The notes beneath the pieces are model-generated. The model had not been told where the DNA came from. It was given only the letters and a program-made list of their open reading frames with translations, and did no database searches. Below are positions 57,953 through 64,000 of a stretch of 64,000 nucleotides of DNA, one piece after another; the first letter of the stretch is position 1; each line of letters opens with the position of its first letter. Source of the stretch: Gammaproteobacteria bacterium (GTDB lineage: Bacteria; Pseudomonadota; Gammaproteobacteria; Steroidobacterales; Steroidobacteraceae). The stretch spans positions 32,173 to 96,172 of the forward strand of contig JAJPKM010000014.1 in the NCBI GenBank assembly GCA_021323735.1, written 5' to 3'. The position numbers and the translations under genes are program-made.

Positions 57953-58819
57953 TCAAACCGCAATCGGTATTTGAATTTCTGTCAAACAGTCTGCCGGCGC
58001 CTGCGCCAGCTGGGCTTTCGGAATGGCATATCCCTTTTGATCGGCGGCGTAACGCCAATAAACCTCGCGCAGCGGACCTGCCACCCGTTCTCCGCTCGAA
58101 TGGATCCAACGCTGCATCCCTTCGAATGTTGCGACTCCCTGATCATAAGGCCCGCGAAAGCGTCCACACACGGCGCGCCTGGTTCCCTCGATCAGCCTAC
58201 CGCCGGTCGCTGCGATAGATCGCTTCAAGATTGGTATGCACACCTCCACGTCCTTGTACGCTGCCGCGTATTGGGCATCGTGCAATATCAGAAAAGGCGG
58301 ACGAGCGGCGCGCGCGCCGTGTCTCGCGACCCGAATTTCGGCCGCTTCAAACATACGATATATCGAGTGTCGCGTGCACTGCCCCCGGTACCGAATACTG
58401 TACGCGGCGACCTGGGACACGGAACGCTCGGCCGGATCGCCCAGGCCGCAATGCACATGATTTTCAAATTCTTCTTCGATGAGCAGTTTCAAAGCACGCA
58501 ACCGCTCTTCATCGGCCGCCATTTGCCGCAGAACCCGGTGCTGCAGAGCGCCCAGCAAACTCATTCGCGCGGCAGAGCCCTCAGCGGCGGCCAGCCAGGC
58601 TCTGAGTTCGGCCATACCCAATCCCAGTCCTCGCAGATGCCGGACTTGCCGCAGCATGGGCAGCTGATCGGAGCGATAGAAACGATATGAAGTGCCAGGA
58701 TCGATGTATGCCGGCACTACAAGTCCGCTGTTGGCGTAGTAACGGACCCTCTTCACGGAAACACCGGCCAAGCGCGCAAATTCGCCAATTCGCAGCCACT
58801 TAGCCCTCACAAGTCCCAC
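57953..58819 (-). CDS. MerR-family transcriptional regulator with a C-terminal effector-binding (GyrI-like) domain
   Basis: 'LRIGEFARLAGVSVKRVRYYANSGLV...YRFYRSDQLPMLRQVRHLRGLGLGMAELRAWL'. Confidence 0.8.
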   Translation of the reverse strand: MGLVRAKWLRIGEFARLAGVSVKRVRYYANSGLVVPAYIDPGTSYRFYRSDQLPMLRQVRHLRGLGLGMAELRAWLAAAEGSAARMSLLGALQHRVLRQMAADEERLRALKLLIEEEFENHVHCGLGDPAERSVSQVAAYSIRYRGQCTRHSIYRMFEAAEIRVARHGARAARPPFLILHDAQYAAAYKDVEVCIPILKRSIAATGGRLIEGTRRAVCGRFRGPYDQGVATFEGMQRWIHSSGERVAGPLREVYWRYAADQKGYAIPKAQLAQAPADCLTEIQIPIAV

Positions 58820-58873
58820 TTGAGTCTCCCCCGGCGGTAGAGTTCAAAATCCAGCCGGTCACAAGGATCTCTT

Positions 58874-59953
58874 ATGCCACTCGTCAAGACAATGATTTTC
58901 GCGGCGCTCGTCGCCTTGGGCACAGCCTCGCCTTCGAATGGCACGGATGGGATTTCTTTGCCGCGTAAGGGCGAAGGCTCCGGACGCGATGAAACCTATG
59001 CCGGAGTGAAGGTTCTTTACGACGCAGTTCGCGATGAGGCAGGTAATCGGTTGCGGCTGATCGCAACGTACCCCGGCATGCCGGCCAAGCGGTTCCCAGT
59101 GATCTTCGTCGTCGGCTGGCTGAGCTGCGATTCGGTCGAAGCGCGCAACGGTACTACCGATGCGACGCAACTCATGCTTCGATCAATCGCCAGCTTGCCA
59201 GGATTTGCCACGGTGCGCCTCGAAAAGGCGGGAGTCGGCGATTCGGATGGAGACTGCGGCAGAAGCGACTTCAAAGCTGAGCTTGCAGCCTATCGGCAGG
59301 CATTTGCTCATTTAAACGAATATAAATTCGTCGATCCCTCGGCGATTTTTCTCTTCGGTATCAGCAATGGCGGTGGTTTTGCGCCGCTTGTGGCGAATGG
59401 CGCGCCGGTCAAGGGCTACGTGATTGACGGCGGTTGGAGCAAAACGTGGTACGAGCACATGCTCGAGATCGAGCGCCGGCGCCTAAATCTGGCAGGTCAC
59501 GGCCCGGATCAAATCAACGGCCTCATGAAATCGGTGGAATCCCTCTATAGCGCCTACCTACTGGACAGAAAATCGCCGGCCGAAATATTTGCAGCCCATC
59601 CGGATCTGAAATCGCTATGGCAGGGGGATCCCACTCGACAATACGGCCGCCCGACCGCGTACTACCAACAGCTGCAGGACCTCGATCTCATGGCGGCTTG
59701 GTCGGCGGTTCGCGTTCCCCTGTTGGCGATGCGTGGAGAATACGATTGGATCATGAGCGCGGACGACCTGCACCAGCTGGTCGAGGTGGTGAATCGAAAT
59801 GCACCCGGCAGCGCGGAATTTGTCGAGCTCGCCCGAACCGGACACACGTTCGAACACTATGACTCGCTCCACGCCGCCTTTGCCGGTGAGACCGGCCAAT
59901 TTGACCAGTCGCTTGCCCAGAGGGTGGGCGATTGGTTCGTGCGACATCGCTGA
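58874..59953 (+). CDS. Secreted alpha/beta-fold hydrolase
   Basis: Signal peptide; 'LFGISNGGGFAPL' nucleophile elbow (GxSxG). Confidence 0.65.
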   Translation: MPLVKTMIFAALVALGTASPSNGTDGISLPRKGEGSGRDETYAGVKVLYDAVRDEAGNRLRLIATYPGMPAKRFPVIFVVGWLSCDSVEARNGTTDATQLMLRSIASLPGFATVRLEKAGVGDSDGDCGRSDFKAELAAYRQAFAHLNEYKFVDPSAIFLFGISNGGGFAPLVANGAPVKGYVIDGGWSKTWYEHMLEIERRRLNLAGHGPDQINGLMKSVESLYSAYLLDRKSPAEIFAAHPDLKSLWQGDPTRQYGRPTAYYQQLQDLDLMAAWSAVRVPLLAMRGEYDWIMSADDLHQLVEVVNRNAPGSAEFVELARTGHTFEHYDSLHAAFAGETGQFDQSLAQRVGDWFVRHR

Positions 59954-60625
59954 CCGCCCCGTCGTCCGCTTCTGCCCAGGTCGCGCGTCGCGACATTGGG
60001 CCCGCCACGCACTGACGATCACTTTCATTCCACCCTCAAACGGAGAGCCGAATTTACCTTCGCTTCAAGGTGGCATGAGCGTACCGAATCCGATCCAGCC
60101 AAGGCATGGTTTAGGAACATGCTGATTCATCTCAGCCAGTCTTTGGCTTCCTGAACAACCTGTTTTATAGGTATCTCGATGACGCTCTGACTGGACCACC
60201 GGATCTCTAGGGGCTCCTTCGCATCGGCGATCGTCTCATCCGCGACCTCTTTTCCCGTACCGTAGTTGATCTCCTCCCCGGGTTGCTTGATGATGCTCAG
60301 CACGACGACGAGTCGGCTGCCGGCCTGGATCTGCCGGCTGGTCAGCCGACCGCTTCGAAAAGGAAGGGACTCGCGCCGGCCCGGTGTGAGCAACTGCCGA
60401 TGCGTACGATCGCGCACATAGCTGGCGCGATCCCAGCAATAGGAGAGCTGAAAATATTCGCCTTGCGGCCGTCGCGTACCTATGGCCCATGAGCCTGGTG
60501 ATTGCCGTCGCCGCGCAGGCCGCCGATTTTCCGGCCCAGGGAATCGACGATCCGGCGGCACTACTAGCGCTCACTTGCGCAGTTCCCCAATGGCAATCGA
60601 CACGCCCGCATTCACAATCTCGATC

Positions 60626-63600
60626 TCACCTGCTGAGCGTCTCGAACGCAGCAACCTCTTGGGCCTTGAGCTCGCGCCACCGGGTCAAGCCCAAGGCTGC
60701 CTCGCTCTTCAGTTCGGCGAACATAGCTTCATTCTGCGTAGTCGGCGCCGCATCGCCGGAACCCACCAGCGACCCTAACGCCGCCAGCGTGTTGTTCAAT
60801 CGCACCGGATAGTTCAATGCGTCCTCCGAGGCGTGCGAGCGCGGTTGGATCAAGATCTCCTCAACCTCGGTCAGCTTGCGGTCGAGGGCATCGCCGGCGG
60901 CCGCGACCTTGGCGGCCTTCGATCCGGTGGCTGCCTTCTTGGCCGCCATGATCTTGACGCGGATGGCGCGGATGTCGAGAACGGCGTCATGCACCTCGGT
61001 CAGCAGGGCGTTGATCGCACTATGCAGAGCGAACTGCTTGGCGAGTTCATCGAGAGTCGCGGTGCCGCGCGGATCCGGTGCGATCTCGAGCGGCTGAGTC
61101 TGGCTCATACCATCGACGGTCAGCCTGACCTGGTAGCGGCCCGGCAGCACCTTGGGACCCTCCACGCTACCCGCCCACAAGGGCGCATTCTTGATGGCGC
61201 GCGCCTTGTCGGTGCGCAAGTCCCACGCGAACGTGTTGAAGCCGGCGAAATGCGGCGGCTTGAGTGGTTTGGAGGTACGTCCCCCTTCTTCCTCCTCTTC
61301 CGGCTCGAGTTTGGCATCGTCCTCACCGGGACTCTTGGCATCTTCGGATTCCGGAAAGTGACGGATCAGCTTGCCGCTGGCATCGAGAATATCGAGGCTG
61401 ATGCGCTGATCGAGGGGGTCAGCCTTATCTTCATCCTTGTCCTTGTCCTTCTTGTCGGCATCTTTATCGGCATCCTTGGGAGGCCGCGGTTTGCCGATCT
61501 GCGGCGACAAGGTGTAGCTGATCACCGCGCCGGCCGGTGGGTTCGCTCCGCCGAAATAGCGCTGTTGCCCGCCGCCGCCGAAGGCCGTGTGGTTGGCGAT
61601 GGCCGGCCTGAACAGATGCGCCGTCTCCGTCGGAATCGTGGGTGTCCACTGCCGCACGGGGGATAAATCGTCGATCATCCAGAAGGCGCGGCCGTGTGTG
61701 GCAACGGCCAGGGCATCGCCATGCACCACGAGGTCATGCACGGGCACGACAGGTAGGTTCAATTGCAGGCTCTGCCAGTGAGCGCCGTCATCATAAGACA
61801 TCATGATGCCGCTCTCCGTGCCGGCATAAAGCAGACCCGACCGGGTGGGATCACGCCTGATGACGTGCAGATACGCATCCGGCGCCAGCCCCTCGGTGAT
61901 GGGAGTCCAGCTCTTGCCATAGTCCTCGGTGCGGAACGCATAAGGCTTGAAATCATCGAGCCGATGACGATCGGCGGCAACATAGGCCACGGCGGGATTG
62001 TTGGGATCGGGCTCGATCATTTGGACCGTGGCGAATTCGGGCATGCTCTTGGGCGTCACATTGGTCCAGTGGGTCCCGCCGTCCCGGGTCAGATGCACCA
62101 GCCCGTCGTCGCTGCCTACCCAGATCAAATCCTTGAGTTTGGGCGACTCGGCGACGGCGAAGATGGTGTCATACGTCTCGACGCTGGTATTGTCCTTGGT
62201 CAGCGGCCCGCCCGAAGAACGCTGCTTGGATTTGTCGTTGCGGGTGAGATCGGGCGAGATCACTGTCCAGCTGCGGCCCTGATCCAGCGAGCGGAATAGC
62301 ACCTGTGCGGCAAAGTACAGGGCATGGGGCTCGAATCTCGAGATCATGATCGGCGCCGTCCATTGGAATCGATACTTCAGATTCTCCGCGGCCCAGCCCA
62401 TGGTGTTGCGCGGCCACGGCGTGATCTGGATGTTTTGGCCGGTGCGCCGGTCATGGCGGGTTAGCTCGGCATCGTAGCCGCCGCCATACACGATATTGGC
62501 GTCTGTGGGGTCGGGAATGATGAATCCGCTCTCGCCGCCGCCGACCGGGCTCCAGTCCTCGATGCCGACGCCGCCTGAGCGACCCGCTGTCGCGATAGAA
62601 ATACTGGAATTATCCTGCTGGTCGCCGTAGAGGCGGAACGGAAATTCATTGTCGGCGGCGATGTGATAAAACTGGGCAGTGGGCTGGTTCATCTCCGAGG
62701 TCCAAGTCTCGCCGCCATCGACAGAGATATTGGCGCCGCCGTCATTGCCTTCGATCATGCGCCTAGGATTGGTCGGATCGATCCACAATTCGTGATTGTC
62801 GCCATGCTGGGTCTTCAGCGTCTTGAAGCTCTTGCCGCCATCGGTGGAACGGTAGAGCGAGGTGTTGAGTACATAGACGCTATTCGCGTCCTTGGGGTCG
62901 GCGAAGACCGTATTGAAATACCATGCGCGCTGTTTGATGCTGTTCTTGTCGCTGACCAGCGTCCAGGTCTCACCGCCGTCATTCGAGCGGAAAAGGCCGC
63001 CTTTCTTCGCCTCGATCATCGCATAGACCACTTTGGAGTCAGCCGTCGGCGCAACATTGATGCGGCCCAGGATGCCGTCCGGCAATCCACCGCCGCTCAA
63101 ACGCCGCCAATGCTCGCCGCCGTCGAAGGACTTGTAGAGGCCGCTGCCCGGTCCGCCGCTCTCCATGATCCAAGGCTTGCGATAGGCCTGCCACATGCCG
63201 GCATAGAGGATCTTGGGATTGTTGGGATCGAAGGCGACGTCCGAAGCGCCGGTCTTGGCGTCAACATAAAGCACCTTCTTCCAATTGGCACCGCCATCGG
63301 TTGTGCGGAACACGCCACGCTCCTGATTGTCGCCGAAGGTATGCCCGAGCGCCGCCACGAGAACGATGTTGGAGTCGGAGGGATCGACGATGATGCGGCC
63401 AATCACCTGACTGTCGCGCAACCCGGAGAAATGCCAGGTTTTCCCGGCGTCAGTCGATTTATAAAGGCCATTGCCGGTGGCGACATTGCCGCGAATGTTG
63501 ATCTCGCCGGTGCCTGCATAGACGACTTTGGGATCAGATGGCGCCACGGCGACGGCACCGACGGCGGCCGCGGCCTCGGGAAAATCGTCCCATAACGGCT

Positions 63601-63886
63601 TCCAGTTGGTGCCTCCATCGATGGTCTTCCACAATCCGCCGGTGGCAGCGCCGAAGTAATACGTGTTGGGATCGCTGATGACGCCCGCAACGCCCGTGGC
63701 ACGACCGCCGCGGAAGGGACCGACCAGCCGATATTTGAGTCCGTCGAGGGGCGATTTCTTGCTTAAGTCGGTGGATTTGACGGGAGTCGGCGCTGGATCC
63801 GCCGCAATCGAGACCGTAGTCGTGAGCAGGGCAAGGACGATGACCCAGAGGCGTGATGCAGACAATTTCGATCTCCCGTTTATCAT
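60626..63886 (-). CDS. Secreted BNR/Asp-box repeat protein (sortilin/Vps10-like double beta-propeller) with an acidic Lys/Asp-rich low-complexity insert
   Basis: Signal peptide; at least 8 Asp-box repeats ('TIDGGTNW', 'STDAGKTW', 'TTDGGANW', 'SFDGGEHW', 'SNDGGETW', 'STDGGKSF', 'SVDGGETW', 'TRDGGTHW', 'SYDDGAHW'); insert 'PPKDADKDADKKDKDKDEDKADP'. Confidence 0.8.
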   Translation of the reverse strand: MINGRSKLSASRLWVIVLALLTTTVSIAADPAPTPVKSTDLSKKSPLDGLKYRLVGPFRGGRATGVAGVISDPNTYYFGAATGGLWKTIDGGTNWKPLWDDFPEAAAAVGAVAVAPSDPKVVYAGTGEINIRGNVATGNGLYKSTDAGKTWHFSGLRDSQVIGRIIVDPSDSNIVLVAALGHTFGDNQERGVFRTTDGGANWKKVLYVDAKTGASDVAFDPNNPKILYAGMWQAYRKPWIMESGGPGSGLYKSFDGGEHWRRLSGGGLPDGILGRINVAPTADSKVVYAMIEAKKGGLFRSNDGGETWTLVSDKNSIKQRAWYFNTVFADPKDANSVYVLNTSLYRSTDGGKSFKTLKTQHGDNHELWIDPTNPRRMIEGNDGGANISVDGGETWTSEMNQPTAQFYHIAADNEFPFRLYGDQQDNSSISIATAGRSGGVGIEDWSPVGGGESGFIIPDPTDANIVYGGGYDAELTRHDRRTGQNIQITPWPRNTMGWAAENLKYRFQWTAPIMISRFEPHALYFAAQVLFRSLDQGRSWTVISPDLTRNDKSKQRSSGGPLTKDNTSVETYDTIFAVAESPKLKDLIWVGSDDGLVHLTRDGGTHWTNVTPKSMPEFATVQMIEPDPNNPAVAYVAADRHRLDDFKPYAFRTEDYGKSWTPITEGLAPDAYLHVIRRDPTRSGLLYAGTESGIMMSYDDGAHWQSLQLNLPVVPVHDLVVHGDALAVATHGRAFWMIDDLSPVRQWTPTIPTETAHLFRPAIANHTAFGGGGQQRYFGGANPPAGAVISYTLSPQIGKPRPPKDADKDADKKDKDKDEDKADPLDQRISLDILDASGKLIRHFPESEDAKSPGEDDAKLEPEEEEEGGRTSKPLKPPHFAGFNTFAWDLRTDKARAIKNAPLWAGSVEGPKVLPGRYQVRLTVDGMSQTQPLEIAPDPRGTATLDELAKQFALHSAINALLTEVHDAVLDIRAIRVKIMAAKKAATGSKAAKVAAAGDALDRKLTEVEEILIQPRSHASEDALNYPVRLNNTLAALGSLVGSGDAAPTTQNEAMFAELKSEAALGLTRWRELKAQEVAAFETLSR

Positions 63887-64000
63887 GGATCAGGCTAGTG
63901 TGGTGTCCCACTAATTCGTGTCATATATTGAACCTATCATTGAGGTATCTTTCCGAGCGGAGATACAGCGATGGCGAGGGGACGACCGAAAGCGGAACTG

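Noticed and set aside
60127-60561. 144-aa minus-strand ORF between the hydrolase and BNR genes
   Set aside because: Arg/Pro-rich N-terminal half looks like out-of-frame GC-rich sequence, and only the last ~60 residues look protein-like. There is not enough evidence to call a gene.
1-64000. CRISPR array search
   Set aside because: No series of regularly spaced short direct repeats. The only tandem repeats are coding: the His-loop 18-mer and the KD-rich tract in the BNR protein.
63971-64000. Possible gene start 'MARGRPKAEL' at the window end
   Set aside because: Only 10 codons are visible; this cannot be evaluated.

Overview
High-GC proteobacterial chromosome segment; the Cyc2-like/cytochrome c4 pair at 5.5-7.6 kb suggests an iron-oxidising beta/gammaproteobacterium. 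There are roughly three zones. (1) 0-10 kb is a core-like region: a truncated MgtC-like gene end, a CDF metal exporter with an 18-bp tandem repeat encoding an (HDHDHS)n loop, a YeiH-family membrane protein, a GAF-GGDEF-EAL signalling protein, the Cyc2-like fused cytochrome-porin plus dihaem cytochrome c4 pair, and a FixL/FixJ-like two-component pair. (2) 10-54 kb is a long mosaic accessory region. It holds several toxin-antitoxin modules (AbiEi/Eii-like, MazEF, AbrB-type antitoxin with Doc, and decayed HigBA pieces), a CpxP/RR/HK envelope-stress module, aas-lplT lysophospholipid recycling genes next to a DUF2339/DUF3999 membrane pair, and a SEC-C/Fic/membrane-protein/DEDDh-exonuclease cluster. 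It also holds a compact minus-strand operon that looks like an undescribed RiPP-type biosynthetic system: an NHLP/Nif11-like leader peptide precursor, a PAP2-family enzyme, a B12-binding radical-SAM enzyme, a lipase_3-like hydrolase and DsbA, directly downstream of a 941-aa wHTH-Ser/Thr-kinase-TPR regulator. Further along are a secreted astacin-like protease with odd small proteins, a type II restriction-modification pair, a macro-domain protein and an LMW phosphatase. (3) 54-64 kb has a tyrosine integrase beside an atypical tRNA-like gene (likely an island junction), then an SPFH protein, a MerR regulator, an alpha/beta hydrolase and a 1086-aa BNR/Asp-box repeat protein. Two unrelated direct-repeat pairs are notable: a higB 3'-fragment at 12.8 and 51.1 kb, and an ~88-bp element at 17.2 and 30.7 kb. 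No CRISPR array, rRNA or phage structural genes were seen. All protein assignments are from motif recognition on the supplied translations; no database search was run.
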